Positions 1 to 9,778 of a stretch of 64,000 nt of DNA are shown here, piece by piece. The DNA lies in the NCBI GenBank assembly GCA_963767735.1, contig CAVYES010000008.1, forward strand, positions 192,001 through 256,000, read 5' to 3'. Under the pieces are notes generated by a model. That model ran no database searches. It saw only the letters and a program-made list of their open reading frames with translations, and had not been told where the DNA came from. The translations under genes were made by a program, and so were the position numbers. Origin of the DNA: Candidatus Bathyarchaeota archaeon. Lineage in GTDB: Archaea > Thermoproteota > Bathyarchaeia > Bathyarchaeales > Bathycorpusculaceae. Positions within the stretch are counted from its first letter, which is position 1, and the number at the start of each line of letters is the position of its first letter.

Positions 1-1147
1 GGAAGAATCGCTCATAAAGTCAGGGTTTAACGCACAGTTCTCCTGGTTCGACTCGAAGGGGCAAGTTAACCAATCTGGCAACTGTGAACTCCGCGTGTAT
101 GAGAACGCACTTCTTATACTACCTCAAAAAAACGAACCAATTCGCGTTCCGTACTGCTATTTATTCCAAACCAGCAAAATAGAATACACCGTCGTTCTGA
201 ATACCGAGTTTGAAGAGAGGTTCGAATTTTCAAAACTTGGCGAAAAATTCGATGCCTTCGGCAAGAGCCTATCAGATGCGCTCAACAAAATGATGCTAAG
301 GTCGCAAACAACCATTAAAGAAATGATCCCAGAAACTGATCCTCTCAAAACGTACAAACTCGCTGCATTAATGAAAGACGGAAGAGCAGCTAAAAGAAAA
401 GACATAGACGCGATTTCGACAGAGCTCTGGCGACGGCTAACGAAGAAGCATCGACGAAGCAGGGATGGGTCAAGAATACGGCTTTCTCGACGCAATTGCT
501 CTAAAAGAGCAAGAATGCGTCGGAGTGAAACGAGGGCTCATGGGAGATTTAACAGGTGATTACATATGGCTACTGTTTCCGCTTATGCAGTTCGGGATCA
601 AACAAACTGCTGAATGTGTTGCTTTGGAAGCGTTCTCAACAAGCTCAAGTGACGAACAAAAGCCAGAAGCACAACTCGAGAAAAATAACATGGCCAGAGC
701 TTCCAACCAGGAGGATACAGAAGAAAAAAGCTCAAATGCAAGTGGAAAGGCAACTTACTTTTTTAGGCTTCTGAGTGGACAAGCCTACACTCAAGCTCAG
801 CGACGAAGAGCTGAAAATCGAGCTTGATAATTTTATCAAAAACATCAATCGTTGCATGATTGACATCAACTTCAGAAGAGAACCAATATACTTATCTGAT
901 GACAGCCTTGACAGCCCTAAATACACTCAGTACCGTTTTGCGGTGGCGAAGATACCGTCTGCTCAGGGTTTTGAGGAGCCTGTTCATTGGCAGAGTAATT
1001 CATTCGTCCTTCGACCAATGGAAGAATGACATCACAAATTTATTAGACTTAAACGCTAGTATTAAGGATGATTCGGCAAAATGGAAAAAAGGAGCTAATT
1101 TAGATTGCCAGGATATAAGCATCCATGCAAGTATTGTGGAAAATTAG
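1..1147 (+). CDS. Hypothetical protein, 5'-truncated by the window; probably one gene split by frameshifts (ORFs 95-559, 465-827, 775-1029, 860-1147)
   Basis: Overlapping same-strand ORF pieces in successive frames, running into the zinc-ribbon gene at 1105; no recognisable motif. Confidence 0.45.
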
Positions 1148-1440
1148 TGTCCTCTGACGATAATGTTTGTCCGTTCTGTGGTAAAGTTAACCCGGTAGGA
1201 CCCACTAGATGCCCCAAATGTCAGAATCCAACCGAAACAGGGCAAATCAGCTGCAGCCATTGCGGTTTGTCTTTACAAACCAATTGCCCCTTCTGCGGAA
1301 AAGCAACATTTTTCGGTGACTATTGCCAAAGCTGCGGCCTTCGACTGATGGTTGTCTGCCCAAAATGCGGCACTCAACAGCCTCCTCTGGGAGAGAAATG
1401 CATAAAATGCGGTAAACCGTTATATCCTATAAAGAGATGA
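1105..1440 (+). CDS. Double zinc ribbon (DZR) domain protein
   Basis: Eight CxxC pairs (CKYC, CPFC, CPKC, CSHC, CPFC, CQSC, CPKC, CIKC). Confidence 0.85.
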   Translation: MPGYKHPCKYCGKLVSSDDNVCPFCGKVNPVGPTRCPKCQNPTETGQISCSHCGLSLQTNCPFCGKATFFGDYCQSCGLRLMVVCPKCGTQQPPLGEKCIKCGKPLYPIKR

Positions 1441-2109
1441 ATTATATGACTCTTCAACCTTTTACCAGAAACTACCAAGACAACAGTACTGACGCGGGAT
1501 TTCAATTTACGTTTTTATGCGACATCTGTGGCGACGGCTATAAAACAGCCTTCATCCAATCAAAGACCTACAAAAAAGCAGGTCTGTGGAAAGGCTTTGG
1601 CAGTGTAGCCCAAATCGGTGGACAATTAACAGGTCACAGTAGTGGATACAGTGTTGGACAGGGCGCCGACGTGATGGGGCAACGTTTTCAGGGCATGACC
1701 CCTGAATGGCACAAAGAACACGAAGCTGCTTTTGATACTGCTCAGAACGAGGCCAAAGGCCACTTCTTCCGATGCCCAAGATGCCACAAATACGTTTGTG
1801 AAAACGACTGGAACGAACAAGAAGGTCTCTGCATCAATGACGCTCCTCGCGAAAGCACCGAAGTCGCCGCAGCCCGCAATGAAAAAATGGTAGCAGATAT
1901 CAAACAAAAAGCCGAAACCACACAGGTTTTCACAGGCGAAATAAGCAGCCGACAAACAATATGCCCAGTATGCGGAAAACCAGCCGGACAAGGCAAATTC
2001 TGCAACAAACTGCGGAGCGCCCCTAGGCTTAAAAGTCTGTCCCAAATGCGGAGCAAAAAATCCTGCTGGCACAAGCTTTTGCGGTGAATGCGGAACCAAA
2101 CTTACCTAA
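1437..2109 (+). CDS. Zinc-ribbon domain protein (frameshift near 2008 hides the C-terminal DZR)
   Basis: CDIC, CPRC..C, CPVC; the alternate frame continues CGAPLGLKVCPKCGAKNPAGTSFCGECGTKLT*. Confidence 0.75.
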
Positions 2110-2343
2110 CTGCAAACAACTCAAATCGCTCATCATTTACTCCAAAACCTAACAATGATACCGAAACCAACTCTTTTGCATCGCAAAGAAGAACCCAAAA
2201 CAAAAACAAATTTCGCTTTTTTCTTTTTTTAAGGCTTTTTTTGATAATTCTAGACCATTTGAAGCGATCAACTCGATAATTGAGTAACCTGTTTATTCGT
2301 AGAAACGAGTGAAAATCAGGCCATAATTTACAAAAGGGGCAAA

Positions 2344-2389
2344 GCGTGGGATGTGGGAGTTGAACCGACGAAGGCCTGCGCCAAAGGAT
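2344..2389 (-). mobile_element. Degenerate tRNA-Leu-like 3' half (att-site remnant)
   Basis: Reverse complement reads atcctttggcgcaggccttcgtcggttcaactcccacatcccacgc: long variable arm plus T-arm; no 5' half present. Confidence 0.65.
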
Positions 2390-2469
2390 TTCCTATCAAA
2401 TTGTGGTAATTGATTATTAGTAAGAATTGTTAGTAAATACCATGTGCCTAAGGGGTAAGGAAAAAAGAT

Positions 2470-2721
2470 ATGAGGCCAGTTACTGTTACGAAGCATTCGC
2501 AAGTTACAATACCCAAAGAAATACGTGAAGAACTGGGTATAACGGAAGGAGATAAGCTGAAGATGAGAATAGTGGAAGGCAACAAAATAATGATTGAAAA
2601 AGCAAGCGAAGAAGCGTGGAAAGACTGCACTGACTTTTTACCTGACGATTTCGAAAAGGTGCTAGCATCCACACGCGTTGACTCAACAAGCAGATTCAAG
2701 CACCTTGGGCTGGTTCCCTGA
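2470..2721 (+). CDS. AbrB/MazE/SpoVT family DNA-binding protein (orphan antitoxin-like)
   Basis: VTVTKHSQVTIPKEIREELGITEGDKL signature. Confidence 0.9.
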   Translation: MRPVTVTKHSQVTIPKEIREELGITEGDKLKMRIVEGNKIMIEKASEEAWKDCTDFLPDDFEKVLASTRVDSTSRFKHLGLVP

Positions 2722-3023
2722 ATTGCCACAAAAAGGAAAACCCGCTTTTTGCTTCGTCCCTTTCACCAAAATGAACCGCCGTTTGCAGGCCCTAAAAGTT
2801 TAGTGGCGCAGCGTTGGAACTTGAACCCCGAGGCAGTAGAGACATCGGCTCGCAAAACCCTATTTTTTCAGGCTAGTCATATTAAATTATTAAATAGTTT
2901 TTAATCTCGTTGACATAAAGATATCGAAAGCAGGATACTAGAAACAAGGGGTTGGGTCTTTGCTTCAATCAAAAGCAACAAAATTGATAGCACGCAACAG
3001 ATGACAAGCAGGGTGAATTAGAA

Positions 3024-3917
3024 ATGCACACTTTAGAATTGAATAATGTGTCTTCCGGCTACAATAAACAAGTCGTTTTACACGATATCAGCTTTAAGCT
3101 TCAAGAACCCTCAATCTACGTTGTTTTAGGGCCAAACGGCGCAGGCAAAACAACGCTGTTTAGAACAATCGCGGGCATACTAGAGCCATTCAGCGGAAAA
3201 ATTCTTCTCGACGACCAAAACACAACCACATCAGGCAAGACGCGCTCAAAAATAAGCTATCTCTCACAGTACAACGCAATGCCTGAAGAAATGACCGTGT
3301 TTAACGCGCTAAAATTTTACTCAGATATCGAAGGCGGAGACCCCGATAAGGTGATTGACCTGCTTGATCTTGGCCAACTAAAAAACAAGAGGTTTTCTGA
3401 CCTTTCACAAGGACAAAAAAAGAGAGCAGCAATCGCAAAGGTGTTCCTTCACGAAAGTGATTTGTACTTGCTGGATGAACCCACAGCGAATTTAGACCCA
3501 GCAGTTTCAAAAGAAATCCGAGATATCATCCTAAAACTAAGCAAAGACAAAATGATCCTGTACTCTTCCCACAACCTTTATGAAGCAACTGATATTGGGA
3601 CCTACCTTATTTTAATCAAAAATGGCTCAGTGACATTGTTTGATAAAATCTCAAACATTAAACCCAAACAGTACCGAGTAGGCATCAAAGCCTCAACGGA
3701 CATATCAAAAATCGTAGATGCCCACCGTGAGGGTGACTATTTTGTTTTGAATGTGTCTAGCCCTGAGGAAGCAGGGCTTGCTTTGAAGAAATTGGTTGAA
3801 AAGGGCGTTTTGGTTACTGAAATGCGTCAGCTTGATAATCCATTGCAGGAGCTTTTTGAGTCGTCAAATGGAAAGGTGGAAAAAACACAAAAGGAGCCTC
3901 AGCAAGTTGCCAAATAG
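3024..3917 (+). CDS. ABC transporter ATP-binding protein (exporter type)
   Basis: Walker A GPNGAGKTT, signature LSQGQKKR, Walker B LLDEPT, H-loop SSH. Confidence 0.95.
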   Translation: MHTLELNNVSSGYNKQVVLHDISFKLQEPSIYVVLGPNGAGKTTLFRTIAGILEPFSGKILLDDQNTTTSGKTRSKISYLSQYNAMPEEMTVFNALKFYSDIEGGDPDKVIDLLDLGQLKNKRFSDLSQGQKKRAAIAKVFLHESDLYLLDEPTANLDPAVSKEIRDIILKLSKDKMILYSSHNLYEATDIGTYLILIKNGSVTLFDKISNIKPKQYRVGIKASTDISKIVDAHREGDYFVLNVSSPEEAGLALKKLVEKGVLVTEMRQLDNPLQELFESSNGKVEKTQKEPQQVAK

Positions 3918-4581
3918 TGCCGTAATTTTTGCTAAACGAAGCCTCAGTTTGAGCAAAATATATTCGGCTGTAGGGATTTTTTTTGCTGCCTTCGGAGTCT
4001 TTGTATCAATTGCATTCATCCTTGCTGGGCAAAGTGTGCCTGTAGCGTACTTTCTTTTTCCCTCCGCGTTTATGGCTTTTGGGATGCTTATGTTCTCTAC
4101 ATCTGTTATACTGCTTTACGTCTATGACAAAAATAACGGAGTTTTGGAGTATCTACTTTCTCTTGGATGGAGTCAAAGCGACATCTTTAAGTGCTACTTG
4201 AAATCTGCCCTTTTAATTTCGCTAACCCTTTTCACTGCTGAATTTGTTGCCAATGTTGTAGCAATTGTGATTACAGGGGCACTTCAAGGTTTAGTGACGT
4301 TAGCTTTTACCGCCATGCTGGGTTTTTCAGCCATTTCTTTAATTACAATTGCCATGATGGCTTTCAGCTCATTACAGAAGCAGAGAGTAGGTGCTAATAG
4401 TCCTCTTGCTTTAACCATTGGCGTCCCGATTATCATTCCTACATTTTACATCCCGTTTTTTTTACCATTTTATGTCGCCATTTTAGTTGAGTTATTTATT
4501 ATCGCGCTTGCCGGTGGGCTGTCAATCGTATTGTTGATTTTGTCAAGCAGACTAATCAGAAGGGAAAAAATGCTTCCATAA
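3796..4581 (+). CDS. ABC-2-type transporter permease
   Basis: About six hydrophobic helices, DKNNGVLEYLLS motif, overlaps the ATPase gene; true start probably ~3868. Confidence 0.8.
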   Translation: MKRAFWLLKCVSLIIHCRSFLSRQMERWKKHKRSLSKLPNSAVIFAKRSLSLSKIYSAVGIFFAAFGVFVSIAFILAGQSVPVAYFLFPSAFMAFGMLMFSTSVILLYVYDKNNGVLEYLLSLGWSQSDIFKCYLKSALLISLTLFTAEFVANVVAIVITGALQGLVTLAFTAMLGFSAISLITIAMMAFSSLQKQRVGANSPLALTIGVPIIIPTFYIPFFLPFYVAILVELFIIALAGGLSIVLLILSSRLIRREKMLP

Positions 4582-4676
4582 ATGCCGAGCAGTTTGCAAG
4601 TTTTTTGAGCGCGAAGCCTAAGCGGCGAATCCAATTACATTTCAAAGGCAGTTATAACCCATCTCTTCAAATAGAC

Positions 4677-4901
4677 TTACTCAAATTCGGACCGGGGCTT
4701 TTCTGTTTGCTTGATAATGTATTGGATTACAAAAACGGTGACTTCTTTGTGATGCGGCACCCATGTGGTTAAAATATGCTGACGTACTGTTTTCTTGAAT
4801 GTAGTATGCTTACTGGATCTCACTTCTTGAAAGCCGTTAGACCTTAAAATTTCAATTACTTTTCGCTGAGGTAATGGTGGAAGCTTTGCCATGCATAACA
4901 C
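4677..4901 (-). CDS. hicA: HicA family toxin
   Basis: LPQRKVIEILRSNGFQEVRSSKHTTFKK...VPHH; directly downstream of HicB. Confidence 0.8.
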   Translation of the reverse strand: MLCMAKLPPLPQRKVIEILRSNGFQEVRSSKHTTFKKTVRQHILTTWVPHHKEVTVFVIQYIIKQTEKPRSEFE

Positions 4902-5130
4902 TCTTTGGAACCTTGACAGGAATGTTCGTTAGAGAAAAAGACATCAAATCATCCAGCGAAGGCTTTGCAGTGTCGGGGTCACTTAAGTATTCGTCTATGA
5001 GTTCAGTCATGTTTTCTTTTACCTCTTTTTCTGTTTTTCCTTGCGTAGCAATGTCCAAAATGGGGCAAGAGGCTACAAACCATTTTCCCTCTTTTGTTAT
5101 TAGAATTGGAAGAGGTATCTTCTCACACAT
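4852..5130 (-). CDS. hicB: HicB family antitoxin
   Basis: EGKWFVASCPILDIATQGKTEKEVKENMTELI. Confidence 0.85.
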   Translation of the reverse strand: MCEKIPLPILITKEGKWFVASCPILDIATQGKTEKEVKENMTELIDEYLSDPDTAKPSLDDLMSFSLTNIPVKVPKSVMHGKASTITSAKSN

Positions 5131-5280
5131 AATCGGTAGAATAGCCCTTTTTGCCTTATAAGGATTTTATCAAATCCAAAAGCAAAAGAAGTCATCTGGC
5201 GACATCTTTGCGACAGTTAATCAACACATATTGGCTAAAATACCCCCAATCGCGCCCTAATCGGCAAAAGGATGTAGTAA

Positions 5281-5305
5281 TGGTGCAGGGATGGGATTTG
5301 AACCC
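5281..5305 (-). mobile_element. tRNA 3'-end fragment (Leu-like) with CCA; att remnant
   Basis: Reverse complement gggttcaaatcccatccctgcacca = T-arm + acceptor strand + CCA. Confidence 0.75.
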
Positions 5306-5416
5306 CACAAACAAAAGTGTACTTTTCGCGATCCCCATTTTTGCGTTATTTCAGTTTCACCTGAGAGCCATAGCGAAAGACGATTTTTTTGAGCCTCAAA
5401 CCTATGCCGGGTTGAT

Positions 5417-6004
5417 TTAGTTTATTCTATTATATCTCAATTCAACAGCACCTGAATTGAACGTCTTTGTGCCGATTAGTTTCAGTTTCTGCCTCACATC
5501 AACGTCTTTTAGCAAAAGTTTTCCTTTGCCTAAAATCACAGGATGAACAACAATCAAGTACTCGTCAATCAACCCCAATTTCGCAAACGTCTGCGCCACC
5601 GTTGCTCCTCCCACCACGATCATGTTTTTTCCTGGTTGCTGCTTTAGTTTCTGGATTTCTTCGGCTATGTTGTTTTTAATCAGAGTGGAGTTTTTCCATT
5701 CTACGCCGTCCAGCGTGCTTGAGACTACAATTTTTCTGGTTTCGTCCGCATACCGTGAAAACTTTTTGTCGCTCTCAGAACTCTGAGGGTTACTTGCCGC
5801 TGCAGGCCAATATTTCTCCCATATTTGATAAGTGCTCCGTCCAAGAATAACAGTGTCCGCAAGATCGAGATTTTTCCACATTTCATCATGAAGGTCTTTC
5901 CACATTTTTTCCTTACCGAAAGGTGGAAGATAATCCATTTCATCGTTCGGTCCAGTGGAGAAACCGTCAAGCGTCATTTGCATTGACAAGATTACTTTTC
6001 TCAA
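5417..6004 (-). CDS. Dihydrofolate reductase family / RibD C-terminal domain protein
   Basis: MQMTLDGF, ILGRSTY, GGATVAQTF..GLIDEY.I.VHPVILGKG. Confidence 0.9.
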   Translation of the reverse strand: MRKVILSMQMTLDGFSTGPNDEMDYLPPFGKEKMWKDLHDEMWKNLDLADTVILGRSTYQIWEKYWPAAASNPQSSESDKKFSRYADETRKIVVSSTLDGVEWKNSTLIKNNIAEEIQKLKQQPGKNMIVVGGATVAQTFAKLGLIDEYLIVVHPVILGKGKLLLKDVDVRQKLKLIGTKTFNSGAVELRYNRIN

Positions 6005-6463
6005 AAAATCACCAAATTAAACCCACCAAATATCCTATAAAAATGTTTTTAGCTTGTCTCGCAGACACTTTTCATCTTGTTTTTCTGGCAGTCAAAGCTC
6101 ATCAAGTTTTATACCGTTAAGTCGATAATTCAGTTGCATGCCAAAGAAAGTATTACTTGAAGTTACCGACGAAACCTATGAGCAACTGGAAAGATTCTCT
6201 GCTTTTTACATTGGCTTCGTCAAATTCTATAGCAATATCTACACAGGTCTATGAAGTTAACTTAGCGGTGAAATGACGCTTTTTTGGAAAAATCATTGTA
6301 ATATATACAGAAAAATTTCATTTTTATTATATTTTTCTGAATGACTTTATTTGAAAAATACGAAATTGTTTTAAGTATCTTGAAACATATTTGTACCATA
6401 TATTGTAGCATATTAAGAAACATTAAAAAGCAAAATATGCATGTGTTTAACGGTGAAAAATTG

Positions 6464-6814
6464 ATGGCATCACGGTCAGAGGTCGAAAGCTGTTTTTCTG
6501 TCTTAGCAACAGGATTAGCGGGGCTAAGATTGCTAAAGACGTACGGCTTGAAGTCTAAAGAGTTGGATTTCTTTATTAATGCTATGTCTACAGAGGAGCA
6601 AGTCAAAATTTGTGCTTTTGCGCCATCACCATTACGCGAACAATACAAAGCATCGATCTCAGAAGCACAGACAAAGGTAAAGCAAGACATCGAAAGCCTG
6701 TCTGTTGAAGAGCCATCTGATAAAGCGATAGATGACACAATTAAAGATACAAAACAATTGTACGGTATATTGGCTGAGCTTCATAGAACAGCAGTCTCAG
6801 GTCTAGTCATCTAA
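6464..6814 (+). CDS. Hypothetical helical protein (likely start MASRSEVE)
   Basis: Open frame 6341-6814 whose upstream part is AT-rich and promoter-like; 11 bp before the 474-aa gene. Confidence 0.55.
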   Translation: MASRSEVESCFSVLATGLAGLRLLKTYGLKSKELDFFINAMSTEEQVKICAFAPSPLREQYKASISEAQTKVKQDIESLSVEEPSDKAIDDTIKDTKQLYGILAELHRTAVSGLVI

Positions 6815-6825
6815 AGGCCAATCAA

Positions 6826-8250
6826 TTGCAACTAACCGCTTTAATTCAACATATTGACGGATTAATAGCCGAAACCGATGACCAAATAAAGAAACTGAAA
6901 GATATTCCTTTTTCAAAAATTGCAGATATACTAGCTATAGCTATAACGAACTACAAAAATGGTCTAACTATAATTAACGACTGCTTGGATAATTCACTCA
7001 CAAAAAAAGCTTTAGCTATTTCAAAAATACAAACAAAAAACGGCGAATACCTGAGTGCAGATCAGATAATTTATGATATTTACCGAGAAACCGTGGGTTC
7101 AGCGTATAGCACGGCCGAGGGGTTTAATGGATCAATTGCCTTGCTAGTCGAAAGCTGTATCCCTTGGGAACTTTATTACTGGTCACTAGAAATTCCTCAA
7201 GGTTTTGGCGTAAGCAAACCTTTTGTTTTTCGACAAGGTGTACAGTTTATCAGTAAAAGTTTCAAAGATGAAATCATTAAACCGCTAGATCCGTTGATTG
7301 CAATAGCTAAAGATCCCAACATAAAAGGCTCTTTGATGCAAATCCAACCAGTTGACATTTTAGCAAAACACAAAATTGATGAGGGGTACGTCATAGATTG
7401 TATTAGGAGCGAAGCAGCAAATCCTATAATGTGGCCAATTCTATGCCATGAAATGTTTGAAGCGGTAGACAAGGATTTAGGCTTGACAGGTCAAAGTATA
7501 ATGAATAAATTTGAAATTTTTGTTAAGACGCAAACTGAGTCAATGCCAAGCATTAATGATGAGAAGTTAGCAAATGAAAATTGGCTTTTGGAAATTCTTA
7601 TGGATTTTCTAGCAATCACCAGTTTTGGCCCGATGTATGCTAAATCGCTTTTAGACTATTGCCAACGATCTCCTTATTATCCAACTCCTGAGCATCCTGA
7701 GATGTGCTACAGAATTTATTCCGTTTACTTGTACCTCACTTCGCCTGCATTGTCTCAAAGCGATATTTTCAAAAGATGCCAAGAGGTCGCGAAAGCTGAG
7801 ATACAGCCTGAGGTAAGCAGATATGAAGACGAAGGAAATCTCGATTCCGAAAATGAACGATCTCTTTCCGAACTTTTTAAGTTAATGACTAAATTCAGGC
7901 ATACAATTCCGGTTCCGACTTTTTTGCAAATCCTTGATAACTACATTGTTCAATCCCAGCCCTCGGGAGCAACTTTAAAGTCATTGCTAAAAAAAGGGAC
8001 CCCTGACTTTGAAAACAGACCAAAGTTCATACCCTTCAAGGACCCGTTGCTTTCTTTCGATAACATACAGAACGCTATTTTTCAAGGGGTATCTTTAGCG
8101 ATTCATCCTGATATTCTTCTTAATGTAGTAATCGCCAATGCTGATGATTACAACAAAGATGAGGACTATGATATCATTGTGGACAGCATCAAAAAATGGA
8201 AAATTAAAGAGGTCTGGAATTCATCTATTAGCCAGATCAAAAAGCTATAG
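6826..8250 (+). CDS. Hypothetical protein with degenerate zincin/M48-like metallopeptidase motifs
   Basis: PILCHEMFE, EILMDFLA...GPMY and EHPEMCYRI resemble the HExxH / ExxxD / HP....RI pattern. Confidence 0.55.
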   Translation: MQLTALIQHIDGLIAETDDQIKKLKDIPFSKIADILAIAITNYKNGLTIINDCLDNSLTKKALAISKIQTKNGEYLSADQIIYDIYRETVGSAYSTAEGFNGSIALLVESCIPWELYYWSLEIPQGFGVSKPFVFRQGVQFISKSFKDEIIKPLDPLIAIAKDPNIKGSLMQIQPVDILAKHKIDEGYVIDCIRSEAANPIMWPILCHEMFEAVDKDLGLTGQSIMNKFEIFVKTQTESMPSINDEKLANENWLLEILMDFLAITSFGPMYAKSLLDYCQRSPYYPTPEHPEMCYRIYSVYLYLTSPALSQSDIFKRCQEVAKAEIQPEVSRYEDEGNLDSENERSLSELFKLMTKFRHTIPVPTFLQILDNYIVQSQPSGATLKSLLKKGTPDFENRPKFIPFKDPLLSFDNIQNAIFQGVSLAIHPDILLNVVIANADDYNKDEDYDIIVDSIKKWKIKEVWNSSISQIKKL

Positions 8251-8847
8251 TTTTTTGTTTACAATTGTCAGAATGCCCGTCGTGAACTCCTTATCTGATC
8301 GTAGCATAGTGTTTAGCGTTTTTGCGTACTTCTTATCTTTTTTTGCTTGATAGGGAACAACAACGTTATCGTCCAAGGTTTCAAGTGTTAATGCCGCAAT
8401 CCGCTGTAAAGGGTGCAAGGCAACTGGCATCTTGCCAAGATTCGTAAGCTCACAGGTTACTTGACCCGTATATCCTGGGTCTATTCCTCCAGCTGTTGCA
8501 TGAATAATTAAGCCTAGCCGCCCCAAAGAACTTCTGCCATCTAATCTTCCCAGAATATGAGAGGGCAACCTAATTCGTTCAAATAGAGGCGCAATTGCAA
8601 AGTCTCCCGGTTGAAGAATAAATCCACGTTCGTTGAAACCAATGTTCCTTTCGTCGCCGTAATCTGGCTGCTCATCTCGCATAGGGTCATAATACGGTTG
8701 CTGTGAATGCTTTATTAAATAAACGCGATTTGCAAGTCTCAAGTCAATTTTTGCGCCTTGAATCTGATTTAAGTCTAATATTGGGTGAATAATAATTTCC
8801 CGTTTCATGAGGCTTTGGAAGATGTGCTCATCAGTAAGGACTGTCAT
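8245..8847 (-). CDS. dcd: dCTP deaminase (trimeric dUTPase-like fold)
   Basis: IDLRL, GRSSLGRLGLIIHATAGGIDPGYTGQVTCELTN. Confidence 0.92.
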   Translation of the reverse strand: MTVLTDEHIFQSLMKREIIIHPILDLNQIQGAKIDLRLANRVYLIKHSQQPYYDPMRDEQPDYGDERNIGFNERGFILQPGDFAIAPLFERIRLPSHILGRLDGRSSLGRLGLIIHATAGGIDPGYTGQVTCELTNLGKMPVALHPLQRIAALTLETLDDNVVVPYQAKKDKKYAKTLNTMLRSDKEFTTGILTIVNKKL

Positions 8848-9279
8848 CTATGCCTTTCTTCCTTTGAGAGCGCCATGTTTGACTTCTCCTCTATCATATT
8901 CCCAGAAATGCAGGCCCTTCGCAGTCTTAAAAACATAACAGCTATAGTCTTTTTTGTCTTCAGATTCAATTTCCAGCAAAGGAGAAAGTCCTGCAAGCAT
9001 TTCTTTAGCCAACCTATGCCTTGTCTTGAAATCGACATATCCGTTTTTGGCATGTATTTTCTTAAAAAGATCGGATGCTACCGGAATTAATCCGGCGAGT
9101 GAAATCATTATTTGGACTGCAACGTCAGGGGGGACAGGGGCAAACTTGTTTTCTTTAATTAGCTTAAATTCGATCGCTGAATCTCTGACTGTTTTAAGAA
9201 TATCCATGGAATCCTTTTGGGTCGTAATAACAACTAGTTCAAAGTCAGTACCAGTCATGGTTAATTCTGATAGAGGCAT
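8848..9279 (-). CDS. Hypothetical protein, directly abutting dcd
   Basis: Stop codon abuts the dcd ATG; one hydrophobic segment. Confidence 0.6.
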   Translation of the reverse strand: MPLSELTMTGTDFELVVITTQKDSMDILKTVRDSAIEFKLIKENKFAPVPPDVAVQIMISLAGLIPVASDLFKKIHAKNGYVDFKTRHRLAKEMLAGLSPLLEIESEDKKDYSCYVFKTAKGLHFWEYDRGEVKHGALKGRKA

Positions 9280-9522
9280 GCCGATTTAAGGTTTGCTTCT
9301 TTAGCCTCTCATAAAAAACCACTAAAAATATAATCGCTCGCGTTAACTCAACGAAAAAAGAAAGGCGTAAAACGATTACATGCACGGTCTCATAAGGATT
9401 TATCTTGGGGAGATTCACTTTGGGGGCACGGTAAATTAACTAACTAACAGATAAAAGTAGGGCAATAAAAAGGGGAGAATTGTTGCGGAGAAACATTAGG
9501 AGGTAATATCGCCACTTTCTCT

Positions 9523-9546
9523 GGGGTTTGAATCCTTCCCCGGCAC
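9523..9546 (+). mobile_element. Degenerate tRNA-Ser-like 3' fragment
   Basis: ggggtttgaatccttccccggcac is a near copy of 16000-16026. Confidence 0.6.
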
Positions 9547-9739
9547 TTTTATTTGAGCTTATTTTATCAAAATGGAACTTATTCAGGGCTAATCTGAGTC
9601 AGCATCTAAAAGTAACTTCAATACGGCGAGATTTTTACCGCTAATGTGTGTGCCCTAAAATGGGTTCAAGTGCTAAATAATTTGTAACCTTATACGGGAT
9701 TTAGCCAGAACTCGAAATGAGACGTGACGCTCACTTACA

Positions 9740-9761
9740 AGTGGGTCGAGGGGATTTGAAC
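9740..9761 (-). mobile_element. tRNA T-arm/acceptor fragment
   Basis: Reverse complement gttcaaatcccctcgacccact. Confidence 0.55.
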
Positions 9762-9778
9762 AGTAATGGGTTAGCGCG

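Noticed and set aside
2801-2829. tRNA-like fragment tagtggcgcagcgttggaacttgaacccc
   Set aside because: Too degenerate to list as a feature on its own; counted only as weak support for the cassette finding
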